A stretch of 64,000 bases of DNA from Gemmatimonadaceae bacterium (GTDB taxonomy: Bacteria > Gemmatimonadota > Gemmatimonadetes > Gemmatimonadales > Gemmatimonadaceae), in NCBI GenBank assembly GCA_036376535.1, contig DASVAC010000169.1:14572-78571 (forward strand), read 5' to 3'. Positions 1-9,881 of this stretch are shown piece after piece. The notes beneath the pieces are model-generated. The model was not told the origin of the DNA. It was given only the letters and a program-made list of their open reading frames with translations, and searched no databases. Position numbers and translations under genes: made by a program. Numbering within the stretch: position 1 is the first letter of the stretch; each line of letters starts with the position of its first letter.

Positions 1-1
1 G

Positions 2-793
2 GGCATCGTGCTCGGCGGCGCATTCGGCGCCCTGCTCGGCGCCGGCACAAACAATCTCGCGCTCGGATTCGCCGCCGGATGTGCAGCGGGGCTCATCATC
101 GCGGCGCTGTTCGGCGTGTTCGCCGTGGCCATGCGTGCCGACCAGATCATCACGGGTACGGCCATCAATTTGCTCGTTCTTGGCCTAACGGGCGCACTCT
201 ATCGCGGACTGTACGGCGCGACAGGCGCGGCGCTTACCATCCCAACGACTGGTTCCGTGGCGATACCGCTGTTGTCACGCATTCCGGTGATCGGACCGAC
301 GTTTTTCGATCAACCTCCGCCGACGTACCTCGTGTATCTCGCGGCGCCCGCGTTGTGGTGGTGGTTGTATCGGACCCACGCAGGTCTGGCGATCCGCGCC
401 ATAGGCGAGCGATTGGAGTCGGTTCGCGTTTCCGGCGTGGACGTACCGCGCTGGCGGTGGATCACGCTATTGGTCGGCGGCGCGCTCGGCGGCGTCGCCG
501 GTGCGACGCTGGTGTTGTCTCAATCGGGCACGTTCGCGGAGGGCATGTCGGCCGGGCGCGGGTTCATCGCGATCGCTATCGTCGTGCTCGGCCGCTGGCG
601 CCCGATGGGTGTGCTCGTCGCGTCGCTGCTGTTCGGCGCGGCGAGTGCCCTCCAGTATCTGTTCCAGGCGATGGGTTGGAGCGTGCCATACCAACTCTTT
701 CTCGCGCTCCCCTACGTGCTCACGCTATTGGCGCTCGCCGGGTTTGCCGGACGTCGGATCGAGGCCCCGGCCGCGCTCGGCCGCGCCGGATGA
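2..793 (+). CDS. ABC transporter permease (BMP / simple-sugar or nucleoside type), 5' end cut by window
   Basis: ORF 8..793 is open to the window edge. Multi-pass hydrophobic protein (ADQIITGTAINLLVLGLTGALYRG, GRGFIAIAIVVLGRW) typical of BMP-family ABC permeases. Confidence 0.6.
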   Translation, partial: GIVLGGAFGALLGAGTNNLALGFAAGCAAGLIIAALFGVFAVAMRADQIITGTAINLLVLGLTGALYRGLYGATGAALTIPTTGSVAIPLLSRIPVIGPTFFDQPPPTYLVYLAAPALWWWLYRTHAGLAIRAIGERLESVRVSGVDVPRWRWITLLVGGALGGVAGATLVLSQSGTFAEGMSAGRGFIAIAIVVLGRWRPMGVLVASLLFGAASALQYLFQAMGWSVPYQLFLALPYVLTLLALAGFAGRRIEAPAALGRAG

Positions 794-815
794 TCTGCGC
801 GCGTTCGCGCGCCGC

Positions 816-1781
816 CTAACAGCCGGTGTGCACGCTCGTCCAGCGCACGCGCCAGGATCCGTCCGACCGTCGCTCGAGTAGCGCGTACGCATTCGTGTCC
901 TGGCCTTCGCGCAACACGAACAGGCCAACGTGATCCGGTGACGGCAGGCGCACGGCGGCGAGGACATCCGTCGTTTCGATCGCCTCCTCCAGTCCGCCGG
1001 CCCGCTCATGGTACGCGACGCGGAACGCCGCATCCGGCGTCGCTGTGCTGCGCTCGGCAATGATCAGCGTGTGCTGCTCGAGCGGCGACGCTTCCTGATT
1101 CAACCGCCTAACGAGATCGGCGACCACGCCTTCGGTGCCGGCAACGGGTTGGAACCGGTACGCGTAGCGGACCGAAAACGGAATCCCGCGAAAGGTCCGG
1201 CTCGTGTCATCGGGAAGCGCGGACGCCAGCCGGGTCAAATCGGCCGCCAGCCGCGCCGAGTCGGTGCCCGACATCCCGTCGAGGGAATCGAGGCTCACGG
1301 GGGAGACGTGTTGGTCAACGAAACCAACGGTCCAGCCCGCGGATCGCGTCGTGTCGCCACCGACATCGAGCGTCGCCGTTGGCCATTCGACGCACTCGTC
1401 GCCTGCCCATTGCTTGGAGCCCGCTGAAATCACCGGCACTCTGTCCACGGTGCCGCCGCGGCCCACGAGCGAAACCGAATCCCCGCGCAACGTCGATGCA
1501 TCGAGCTGCAGCGTATCGGGCACCGTGCTGTCGCTGTAGTCCGGAAACACGACCCACGCATTCGCGGCCGATGCGCCGCGGGCCAGCACCACCGGACCGG
1601 CGCTCGAGTCCCACTGCGTCGCCGGCACGGGCGCCGGTTGCGTCGCCACCGACTCGGCTGCGTTAGGCGGAGGGGTGCGCGCCGGCGCGGGCTGCCGAGA
1701 GCGCTCGCACGATGCGAGCAGCACAACGAGCGCGACGAGTTGCGTCGCGCGCTGTATCACAACACGACAGGCCACTGACAT
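816..1781 (-). CDS. Putative lipoprotein, unknown function
   Basis: 321-aa ORF. N-terminus has a signal peptide with lipobox-like LLASC. No domain recognised by eye. Stop codon TAG lies inside a GTTAGGC word. Confidence 0.5.
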   Translation of the reverse strand: MSVACRVVIQRATQLVALVVLLASCERSRQPAPARTPPPNAAESVATQPAPVPATQWDSSAGPVVLARGASAANAWVVFPDYSDSTVPDTLQLDASTLRGDSVSLVGRGGTVDRVPVISAGSKQWAGDECVEWPTATLDVGGDTTRSAGWTVGFVDQHVSPVSLDSLDGMSGTDSARLAADLTRLASALPDDTSRTFRGIPFSVRYAYRFQPVAGTEGVVADLVRRLNQEASPLEQHTLIIAERSTATPDAAFRVAYHERAGGLEEAIETTDVLAAVRLPSPDHVGLFVLREGQDTNAYALLERRSDGSWRVRWTSVHTGC

Positions 1782-1844
1782 GCGTGCAATCTTCCTGTGC
1801 TCGATGCAGGCGTCAACAACCGTGATCGCGGTCGCCGCTTCCGC

Positions 1845-2114
1845 TCAGCGAGCAGGAAGAAATCGACCAACGAGATCCCAATGCCAGGCATCACGCCGAA
1901 TGCCCGTGCGCGGATCCTTGAGCGGTTTGTATTGGAGACGTTCGGGAGGGAGCCCAACTGTGCGACCGTAGGCGAGCAATCTCTCACGGTCGGTGGATAC
2001 CAGATGTGCCATGGGCTGCCCCCGGTACACGTGCCGGTGCAGCCACAAGCCGCCATCCATGGCGAAGGTCATTCCCGCTTTTCTGTTCTCGAACTCGCGA
2101 TACCAACCCGTCAA
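1845..2114 (-). CDS. DUF4031-like small protein
   Basis: 89 aa. AHLVSTDRERLLAYGRTVGLPPERLQ...HWDL resembles the DUF4031 pattern (H-L-x-ADT..EL..FA..LGL...W.....HYDL). Confidence 0.4.
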   Translation of the reverse strand: MTGWYREFENRKAGMTFAMDGGLWLHRHVYRGQPMAHLVSTDRERLLAYGRTVGLPPERLQYKPLKDPRTGIRRDAWHWDLVGRFLPAR

Positions 2115-2150
2115 CGCACTGCCTCACAGGTCATGCCTTACTGCGCCTCG

Positions 2151-2537
2151 CTAATTGCAGGCGACGACGGACTCCACAGTGGCAGGAGACGGTGGCGTTG
2201 CGGTGCCAATGTAGATCGCGCACACGGACGACGATGCTCCGGGGTGGCTCGCCGTTGCCGACCAGCCGGACGGCGACGCTTCACCAACCGTCACCGTCGT
2301 GCCCGAAGAGGCCGTAAAATTGATCGCCGTGAGGTTGGTCGAGTAGACGTCGTTCGTATAGTAGTACGACTCTTCAGCGGTCGCGAGATTGCGAAGGTCG
2401 GACCGCATCATTGCCGTGTATGCTCTGCCTTTCGTCGCAGAAAACTTCGGTACCGCGATCGAGGCGAGAACGCCAATGATCACGACCACGATCAGCAACT
2501 CGATTAGGGTGAAGCCGGATTCGCGGGAGCGAGACAT
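2151..2537 (-). CDS. Type IV pilin (prepilin-type N-terminal cleavage/methylation domain)
   Basis: Short leader MSRSRESG then FTLIELLIVVVIIGVLASIAVPKF. C-terminal Cys pair (C...C-N) suggests a disulfide loop. Start chosen at the internal ATG at 2537 of ORF 2151..2570. Confidence 0.85.
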   Translation of the reverse strand: MSRSRESGFTLIELLIVVVIIGVLASIAVPKFSATKGRAYTAMMRSDLRNLATAEESYYYTNDVYSTNLTAINFTASSGTTVTVGEASPSGWSATASHPGASSSVCAIYIGTATPPSPATVESVVACN

Positions 2538-2764
2538 AGGACGTTCCCCATGGCCGAAAATTGGAGGCACGACACGTGACTCACGCGCCGTCCAAGAGCA
2601 ATGGAGGTGCCGCCTCGGCGATTGAAGGTAAAGTGTTGAGAAGGCTTGATTTAGGTGGCGAAGAGCAGCGGCCTGGAGTTATTTTGACCGCTCGATTTGC
2701 CATGCTTGTGGCAGACTGCAATGCCAGATGAGACGGCCTTAAGCTAGCGTCTTGCGAGGCAGTC

Positions 2765-3160
2765 TTACTGCGTACAGCCGATGACGTTCTTGAGCGTGGC
2801 TGGCGCCAAGACCGGCGCATTGCCGTAGTAGATGGCGCACATGGCGCTGTCACCAGCATAGCTGGCCTTCGCAGCCCAACCGAGCGTGTCAGCCGACACC
2901 ATGCTGATGGAGACGCGCGGACTGCTGCTGTACTGGATCAGTCGAAGGTCCGTGCTATACGTCCCTGCGATGTTCCAGTACGCTTCTTCGGTCGAGGCGA
3001 GATTCCTGAGATCCGTGACCATCGTGGTCAGGTAGAAGCGCCGCTTGTACTCCCGGTAGCGCGGAATCGCCAAGCCGACCAGAACCCCCATCACGACCAG
3101 CACGACCAGCAATTCGATCATCGAGAAACCCCGTAAGGCACGGCCGCGTCGCGACGCCAC
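2765..3160 (-). CDS. Type IV pilin, second tandem copy
   Basis: Leader ...RRGRALRG then FSMIELLVVLVVMGVLVGLAIPRY, with a C-terminal Cys pair. GTG at 3160 gives an 11-aa leader. The longest ORF start (3229) would give an atypically long leader. Confidence 0.8.
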   Translation of the reverse strand: MASRRGRALRGFSMIELLVVLVVMGVLVGLAIPRYREYKRRFYLTTMVTDLRNLASTEEAYWNIAGTYSTDLRLIQYSSSPRVSISMVSADTLGWAAKASYAGDSAMCAIYYGNAPVLAPATLKNVIGCTQ

Positions 3161-3313
3161 GCTCAGATCAGCGGTTGACTGCGTCGAACGAACACGGGGG
3201 TGACTTGTCGTGGGTGCAGAGCAATGCACGTGGCGCTCTCCGCCATCGAATCGCTGGGTGCGGCACGGATGTTCATCAAGACGATTGATTCGCCCTAATG
3301 TCTCGGCGCCGCG

Positions 3314-6130
3314 TCAGTGCTTCGTATCCAGCCAGTTGTCTCCGATACCGACGTCGACGACCAACGGAACCGAGAGCTCGGCGGCATGCTCCATCTCGTG
3401 ACTAACGAGCTCGCGCAGTGACTCGATCTCGTCGGTGGGAGCTTCGAACACCAGCTCGTCGTGCACCTGGAGAATCATGACCGAGCGCGCATCGCGCGAG
3501 CGAAGCGCTTCGTGGATGCGGATCATGGCGATCTTGATGAGATCCGCTGCCGAGCCCTGAATGGGAGAGTTGGTGGCCGTCCGTTCGCCGAATTGGCGGA
3601 CGCTGAAGTTGCGATCGCGGAGCTCGGTGATGTATCGGCGCCGGCCGAACAGCGTTTGCACGTACCCGTTCTCGCGCGCGAACTCGACCATCGAATCGAG
3701 ATAGACGCGAATGCCGCGGAACCGCTCGAAGTACTCGCTGATGAATCGCCGCGCCTCCGCGGGCTCGATGCGCAGCTGGCGAGACAATGCGTTGGCGCCC
3801 TGGCCGTAGATCGTCGCGAAGTTGATCGTTTTCGCGCGCGCCCGCATTTCGGAGGTGACTCCTTCGATCGGCACGCCGAAAATGATGGACGCCGTTTGTC
3901 GATGGATGTCTCCGCCGGCACGGAACGCATTCACGAATGCGGGGTCGGCCGACAGGTGCGCGAGCAATCGCAGCTCGATCTGCGAGTAGTCGGCGGCGAT
4001 CAATTTCCAACCCGGCCGCGGGATGAATCCGCGCCTGATGTCTCGACCGAGCTCGCGGCGAATCGGGATGTTTTGAAGATTCGGATCGCTCGACGAGAGA
4101 CGCCCCGTGCTCGCGACGGTCTGATTGAACGACGTGTGAATGCGGCCGTCGCCTGGATGCACGAGTGCGGGAAGCGCATCGAGATACGTGCCCTCGAGCT
4201 TCGACAGCTCACGGTATTCCATGAGCAGCGATGGAAGCGCGTGACCCTGCTCCGCCAGCTGCTGAAGAACCGATGCGTCGGTGGATGGTCCGCTTGGCGT
4301 CCGCTTGAGCACGGGGAGCTCGAGCTTCTCGAACAGGATCTGACGCAGCTTTGGATTCGAGTTGATGTTGAATGGCTCACCCGCAGCCTCGTAGATGTCC
4401 TGCTCCACGCGCTCCCGCTCGCGCTGAAACCGCTCTTTGAGTGAGGCGAACCATGGCCGGTCGATCGACACGCCGTGCCACTCCATTTCGGCCAGCACGC
4501 CGACCAGTGGCAGCTCGATGTCACACATGAGCTTCGTGAGCGCATACGCGTCGAGCTGGGGCTCGAACAGTGCACGCAACTGAAGCGTCATGTCCGCGTC
4601 TTCGCACGAATAGTCGCGTGCGGCGCTGACAGCACATTCGTCGTACGGCACGGCGTTGCGACCCTTGCCACACAGATCATCGTACGTGGTCATCTTGTGG
4701 TCGAGGAACTCGAGCGCGAGGACGTCCAAGCCGTGCGAACGGCGACCCGGATCGAGCACGTAGCTCGCGATCATCGTGTCGAAGTCGACGCCCGCGAGCC
4801 TAACGCCGGCTCGTCGCAACGCCAGCGTGTCGAACTTGGAGTTCTGGGCGGTTTTGCGGACCGCGGGATCCTCGAGGAGCGCGCGGAGCGGCGCCATCTC
4901 CGCGGAGCCGATCGGCGGCAGATTCCTGATTGCCCCTGCGGACGCGTCAGCCGCTGAAGGCGGCGCGGAGTCCGGCAGCAATTCGTGTTGCGCCGGCCGG
5001 TGCGGGCGATGGCGGAACGGCAGATAATACGCCTCGCCCGGCGCGACCGCGATCGACAAGCCGACTAACGTGGAGCGAAGCGGGTCGATCTCGAGCGGGC
5101 TATCGGCATCGACAACGGTTTCCGTGTCGACCGCGATGTACGGCGCGCTGCGAGCGCGCGCATAGATCTTGTCGAGCGCCGCGAGCGTGTCGGCCGTGAC
5201 ATAGCGCGCGCGTTGCACCGGACGCGGCGCGGCCGTCGCGTGCTCTTTGGCGAGCGAGTGGAACTCGAGCTCGACGAACAACTCCTTCAGTCGCGCGTGG
5301 TCGGGTTCGGACACGGCCAAGGCGGAGAGGTCGAGCGAGACCGGCAAATCTTCGCGAATTGTTACTAATTCCTTCGACAGGCGGGCGGCATCGGCCTGCG
5401 TTAGGAGCGCCTCGCGCGGGCGCTTTTTCGTGATGGACTCCGCGTTCGCCAGGATGTTCTCGAGCGTTCCGTAGGTCGCCACGAGCTCGACCGCCGTCTT
5501 GTCGCCGATGCCCTTCACGCCGGGGATGTTGTCGGATGAATCACCGACGAGTGCGAGATAGTCCGTGACGCGATCCGCCGGGACGCCGAGTCGTTCTGAC
5601 GCGTTTTCGGTTGTGACCCACTGCTCTTCGACAGCTGCCGCGCCACCTCGACCCGGATTGAGCAATCGCACACCGGGGCGAACGAGCTGCTGAAAGTCCT
5701 TGTCGCCGGAGACGACGACCACATCGAGCCCGGCGTCGACGCCGAGCCTGGCCATCGTGCCGATGATGTCGTCGGCCTCGTAGCCCTTGAGTGTGATGAC
5801 AGGGACCTTGTACGCGTCGAGCAGACTCCCGATGCGTTCCATGCCGCGGTCGAAGTCCGCCTGCAGCTCTTCGCCGAGTTTTTCGCGCGTTGCCTTGTAG
5901 TCAGGATAGCGCTCGTGGCGGAACGACAGTCCCGAGTCGTGCACCCATCCGAGATAGTCGGGCCGGTGTGTTGCGAGCAGGCGCTGAAGGAAGTTGACGA
6001 CGCCCCACGCCGCCGACGTGTTTTCGCCGCGGCTGGTGGTGAGTGGGCGGGAGATCAGGGCGAAGAAGGCGCGATAGATGAGTGCGTAACCATCGACCAA
6101 GAACAGGCGGGCTGGCTCTTTTGGCGGCAT
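3314..6130 (-). CDS. polA: DNA polymerase I
   Basis: 938 aa. 5'-nuclease N-terminus (LFLVDGYALIYRAFFA), 3'-5' exonuclease region, and polymerase motifs (DYSQIELRLLAH, QVHDELVFE). Confidence 0.97.
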   Translation of the reverse strand: MPPKEPARLFLVDGYALIYRAFFALISRPLTTSRGENTSAAWGVVNFLQRLLATHRPDYLGWVHDSGLSFRHERYPDYKATREKLGEELQADFDRGMERIGSLLDAYKVPVITLKGYEADDIIGTMARLGVDAGLDVVVVSGDKDFQQLVRPGVRLLNPGRGGAAAVEEQWVTTENASERLGVPADRVTDYLALVGDSSDNIPGVKGIGDKTAVELVATYGTLENILANAESITKKRPREALLTQADAARLSKELVTIREDLPVSLDLSALAVSEPDHARLKELFVELEFHSLAKEHATAAPRPVQRARYVTADTLAALDKIYARARSAPYIAVDTETVVDADSPLEIDPLRSTLVGLSIAVAPGEAYYLPFRHRPHRPAQHELLPDSAPPSAADASAGAIRNLPPIGSAEMAPLRALLEDPAVRKTAQNSKFDTLALRRAGVRLAGVDFDTMIASYVLDPGRRSHGLDVLALEFLDHKMTTYDDLCGKGRNAVPYDECAVSAARDYSCEDADMTLQLRALFEPQLDAYALTKLMCDIELPLVGVLAEMEWHGVSIDRPWFASLKERFQRERERVEQDIYEAAGEPFNINSNPKLRQILFEKLELPVLKRTPSGPSTDASVLQQLAEQGHALPSLLMEYRELSKLEGTYLDALPALVHPGDGRIHTSFNQTVASTGRLSSSDPNLQNIPIRRELGRDIRRGFIPRPGWKLIAADYSQIELRLLAHLSADPAFVNAFRAGGDIHRQTASIIFGVPIEGVTSEMRARAKTINFATIYGQGANALSRQLRIEPAEARRFISEYFERFRGIRVYLDSMVEFARENGYVQTLFGRRRYITELRDRNFSVRQFGERTATNSPIQGSAADLIKIAMIRIHEALRSRDARSVMILQVHDELVFEAPTDEIESLRELVSHEMEHAAELSVPLVVDVGIGDNWLDTKH

Positions 6131-6191
6131 GACGAAAAGTCACCCGACCACACGGGAGACACCAGGGATGCATGGGCGAGCGCCGACGCCC

Positions 6192-6236
6192 GAGAAAAAC
6201 GAATCCGCTTTGCGATGAGCGTCGCAAAGCGGATTC
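6192..6236 (-). terminator. Rho-independent terminator downstream of csp
   Basis: Perfect 15-bp stem GAATCCGCTTTGCGA / TCGCAAAGCGGATTC (6201-6215 / 6222-6236) with a 6-nt loop, followed on the minus strand by GTTTTTC. Confidence 0.8.
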
Positions 6237-6326
6237 GTGCGAGCCCGGTCTCCAGACACCAACGCCTGCCACGCGTTGGCGGCAGGCGGAAGCGGGGATC
6301 GAATGGCCCGTGAGTTCGAGGAGCGT

Positions 6327-6530
6327 CTAGCTCACCCGCTGGACGTTGGCGGCGTGCAGACCTTTGTCGCCGCTCTTGATCTCGAACTCGACCTCTTGTC
6401 CTTCGGTGAGCGTCTTGAAGCCGTCCATGGCGATTGCGGAGAAATGCACGAAGACGTCTTCACCGCTCTCTTGTTCAATGAAGCCGTATCCCTTGGCATC
6501 GTTGAACCACTTGACTTTCCCTCTGGCCAT
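6327..6530 (-). CDS. Cold-shock protein (CspA family)
   Basis: [33 protein letters not shown]... has the canonical CSD RNP1/RNP2 motifs. Start taken at the internal ATG at 6530. Confidence 0.95.
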   Translation of the reverse strand: MARGKVKWFNDAKGYGFIEQESGEDVFVHFSAIAMDGFKTLTEGQEVEFEIKSGDKGLHAANVQRVS

Positions 6531-6609
6531 TCGAGCAGCCTCCTGCGGGATGAAACGGATCCTGCACGGCGTTGTGCGGGGCAAGGCCGGCGGCGGCTTT
6601 GCGGGCGCC

Positions 6610-6638
6610 TATATAGTTTCGACTTGCGATTTTGTCAA
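6610..6638 (-). promoter_or_regulatory. Sigma70-type promoter for csp
   Basis: Minus strand reads TTGACA, a 17-nt spacer, then TATATA. This predicts a 5' UTR of about 70 nt. Confidence 0.6.
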
Positions 6639-6915
6639 GAGAACGCCATGCGGCACAAGAAGATACATATTTCGTCATTCGGATGTTGGCCGGTGGCCTT
6701 GCGTTAGGCAATCGCGGCCGGGGCCACAACGCGGTCGGATGACCCCTCGAACGCACCGGAGTCGCCCGCATAGAGCGCACAGGAGATTCTCCCCTGCTTT
6801 AAGGCGCCACCATTCAGCCATTGTAGCGCCAAATATGCCTAGTTCGTGCCCCAGACGCCCAAATCGCACGCCGAGGAGGGAAGTCGCTGCCGAGCACGGT
6901 CATCCGTGACCTTGG

Positions 6916-7968
6916 ATGCCTGCACCAGCACGCGTTGGCGTCAGGGCGACGTCACAGCCCAGCGAATCACGGCGTGCAACTAACGATGTGCTACGCACAT
7001 CCTGCTTGCTGCCTTATTGGAGTCCAGTTAGCTTCGCCGGCGTGAGTCGCGAGAACCTCTCCGGGACGACGCTCGCTGGTTACAAGCTCCACGATATGGT
7101 CGGCGAAGGAGGAACGGCGGTAGTGTACCGCGCCGATCATCCGCAGCACGGCACTGTCGCGGTGAAAGTGTTGCGCGAAAAGCTGCGCAACGACAAGACC
7201 GCAGTCGCGCGGTTTCTTCGTGAGGCGACCTACGGGACGAAGGTCATTCATCCCAACGTCGTCCGGACCATTGAGATCGGCGAGGCGCGACCGGGCCTCC
7301 ACTTCCTGGCTACCGAGTGGGCGCCAGGCGAGCTGCTCGAGAAGTACGCGAAGCGGCACGCGCCGCTACCGCCCGAAGAAGTCTCGGGCATCATCCAGCA
7401 AATCGCGGAAGCCGTGCACGCGGCCCACTCGGCCGGCATCATCCATCGGGATCTCAAGCCCGACAACCTGATGTACGACGCGCCGACCAAGCAGGCCAAG
7501 CTGCTCGATTTCGGCATCGCGGCACAGACGGATCTCTCGCCCGACGAGCGCCTAACGCGCGCCGGATTTTTCGTGGGCACGCTCATGTACGTGGCGCCGG
7601 AAGCGCTGTCCGGGCAGCTCGTGACGGCGGCGGCGGATCAGTACAGCCTGGCCACCATCGCGTATTACTTGCTCTCGGGCTCGCTCCCGTACACGGCGAA
7701 ATCGCAGCGCGAGATGTTCACGCAGTTGCTCTCGCAGCCGCCGATTCCGCTGCTCGCGTCGCGCAAGGGACTCGACGTGTCTCCCGCGGTCGAGGCCGTG
7801 GTGATGAAGGGGCTCGCGCGCAATCCGTCCGATCGGTATCCGGACACGTTGTCGTTCGCGACTGCGCTGCGAGGAGCGGTCGAGGCGCCGCCAGCGCGCA
7901 AGGACGGGTTGTTGCGGCGCGTGCGGTCGCTGCTGCATCGCGACGACCCGGACGCATCGAGGGCGTAG
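6916..7968 (+). CDS. Ser/Thr protein kinase (Hanks type)
   Basis: GEGGTAVVY glycine loop, VAVK, HRDLKPDN, DFG and APE motifs. In-frame GTG at 7042 is an alternative, more typical start. Confidence 0.9.
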   Translation: MPAPARVGVRATSQPSESRRATNDVLRTSCLLPYWSPVSFAGVSRENLSGTTLAGYKLHDMVGEGGTAVVYRADHPQHGTVAVKVLREKLRNDKTAVARFLREATYGTKVIHPNVVRTIEIGEARPGLHFLATEWAPGELLEKYAKRHAPLPPEEVSGIIQQIAEAVHAAHSAGIIHRDLKPDNLMYDAPTKQAKLLDFGIAAQTDLSPDERLTRAGFFVGTLMYVAPEALSGQLVTAAADQYSLATIAYYLLSGSLPYTAKSQREMFTQLLSQPPIPLLASRKGLDVSPAVEAVVMKGLARNPSDRYPDTLSFATALRGAVEAPPARKDGLLRRVRSLLHRDDPDASRA

Positions 7969-7973
7969 TCGCG

Positions 7974-9791
7974 TCAGCTCGAGCGCGCGGCGGGGCTCGC
8001 CTCCGCCGGCGCATCCGTGTGCGGCGCTGGGCGCACCAGTTCCTGCTCCACCGGAAGCCAGACGGTGAAGGTGGAGCCTTTGCCCAACTCGCTCTCGATG
8101 GCGATGTCGCCGCCTAACAGACGGGCAAGGCGCCGTGAGATCGCGAGGCCGAGTCCCGTGCCGCGCCGTATCGAGTCTCCGCGCGGGCCGGCGTTCACCT
8201 GCTCGAACTCCCCGAAGATCCGCTCGCGCTCGTTCGCGGCGATGCCGATGCCGGAGTCCGCAATGTCGAGCGCGATCCATCCGCCACCCGGCGGCGTTGG
8301 GCCTTGGTTCGTCACCGGCGGCCCTCCGGGAACCGGTGCGGGAGCGGCGGGCGGCGACGGCGCCACGAGCTGCGACGCCACGGCGGAGATCAGCGGAATC
8401 GCGACGCCACCGTGACTCACGCTGGGCGCCGGCGGCGGCTCGAGGTGGCGCGCACGGATCGTGATGCTGCCCGATGGCGTGAACTTGGTTGCGTTGCTGA
8501 GCAAGTTCATCAGAATCTGACGCAAGTGCATCGGGTCCGTGCGCACGCGCGGCAGCTCGGTGCTCACGGCGATCGAGAACTCCAAGCCGCGTTCGGCGAT
8601 CAAGGGTTCGACTTCGCTCGCCACCGTTAGGACAAAGGCACGCAGGTCGATCGTTTCCCGATGCACCTCGAGGCGTCCGGCCGCCATCTTTGCCAGGTCG
8701 AGAATCTGGTCGACGAGGAGTCGGAGGTGGCTGGCCGACGACGCGATGCGCTCGACCGGCGATATCTGGCGTTGACCCAGCTCGCCGTAGACGCCGTCGC
8801 GGAGCAACTCCACGAAGCCGACGATCGCGTTGAGTGGCGTGCGCAGCTCGTGCGATACGTTGGCCAGGAACTCGCTCTTGGATCGATTCGCGCGAAGCAA
8901 CTCCGCGGACAGCCGCTCGAGCTCCGTCGATCGCTCGGCGAGTCGGATGCCTTGGCGGCGCTCGTGCAACAGCATCACGATCAGCGCGCTGAGCGTCGCC
9001 AATCCGATTCCCCAGACGAGTGGCCGGATGTTGGCGTAGCTCGAGCGACGCATCACGATCACGCGCCACTCACCACCACCCGGGACCGGCAGCGTCGAGG
9101 AGGCAGTGTCGACGCTGGATTCCCTCGAGATCGCGCGCGCCGTTGCGGCAACCGTATCCTTGTCGGCGACGATCACAAGCTGTCCACGAACGCGCGGCCG
9201 CGCTTGCAGGACACTTGCGATGATGGCGTCGGTCGTAATCGTGCCGCCCGCGAAGCCGCGAAATCCGTTGCCCACGTAGATCGGCTCGAGCATGAGCACG
9301 CCGCGATCACCGGTGATCATCGCCCCGGGTTTCGTCAGTTGTCCGATGTGCGTGGCGCGAGCGGCAGCCGCCAACCGACCGACGTCGAGCGCCGAGAGGG
9401 TGTCGACGTCGAGCCCTTCGGGAAGCGGCGGAGACGCAGAGCCGAAGAGATGCTGCTCGCGCACACGGCCAGCGGTGTCGGTGATCCAGATTCGCCGGAA
9501 CGAGTTCGCGTACTGCGACATCGAGCTGACGAGCGACTGAAACTGCTCTCCGTGAACGACGCGCGTGGTATCGAGGTAGAGTCCGCGGATGGATTGCAGC
9601 GCTTCGTTGTGCACGGCGAGGAACCCGCCGACGAGCGCGGCGGATTCGGCTGCTTCTACCTGGACCTGTGCGCGATTGGAACTCGAGAGAGAGCGATCGA
9701 CCGCGTACAATCCGGCGAGTGCGAAGATGAGCGCCAGCGACAGCGCGATCGACGACGCACGAAGACGTACGGCTCTAGTCGACAGGTGCAT
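7974..9791 (-). CDS. Sensor histidine kinase with periplasmic sensor domain
   Basis: N-terminal TM segment, second TM near residue 260, HisKA H-box SHELRTPLNAI, and HATPase N-box LSNATKF with G-box DSGIGI. Confidence 0.9.
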   Translation of the reverse strand: MHLSTRAVRLRASSIALSLALIFALAGLYAVDRSLSSSNRAQVQVEAAESAALVGGFLAVHNEALQSIRGLYLDTTRVVHGEQFQSLVSSMSQYANSFRRIWITDTAGRVREQHLFGSASPPLPEGLDVDTLSALDVGRLAAAARATHIGQLTKPGAMITGDRGVLMLEPIYVGNGFRGFAGGTITTDAIIASVLQARPRVRGQLVIVADKDTVAATARAISRESSVDTASSTLPVPGGGEWRVIVMRRSSYANIRPLVWGIGLATLSALIVMLLHERRQGIRLAERSTELERLSAELLRANRSKSEFLANVSHELRTPLNAIVGFVELLRDGVYGELGQRQISPVERIASSASHLRLLVDQILDLAKMAAGRLEVHRETIDLRAFVLTVASEVEPLIAERGLEFSIAVSTELPRVRTDPMHLRQILMNLLSNATKFTPSGSITIRARHLEPPPAPSVSHGGVAIPLISAVASQLVAPSPPAAPAPVPGGPPVTNQGPTPPGGGWIALDIADSGIGIAANERERIFGEFEQVNAGPRGDSIRRGTGLGLAISRRLARLLGGDIAIESELGKGSTFTVWLPVEQELVRPAPHTDAPAEASPAARSS

Positions 9792-9846
9792 GGCAGCGCG
9801 CCAGTCAGCGAAAGTCGGCGTGCGGCGCGCTGGTCTCGCGAGTCAA

Positions 9847-9875
9847 TTGACGTCGAAGACACGCACCGGTAAGCT
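9847..9875 (+). promoter_or_regulatory. Candidate promoter of pyrE (would give a leaderless or near-leaderless mRNA)
   Basis: TTGACG, a 17-nt spacer, then TAAGCT, ending 6 nt before the ATG at 9882. Consensus match only. Confidence 0.3.
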
Positions 9876-9881
9876 ACGGCC

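Noticed and set aside
7552-9069. Long antisense or alternative-frame ORFs (for example 7552..9069, 17543..18664, 8661..9872, 19232..20089, 44162..44977, 50647..51744)
   Set aside because: They overlap well-supported genes, and their translations are Arg/Pro/Ala/Gly-rich with no motifs. They are GC-rich shadow ORFs rather than genes.
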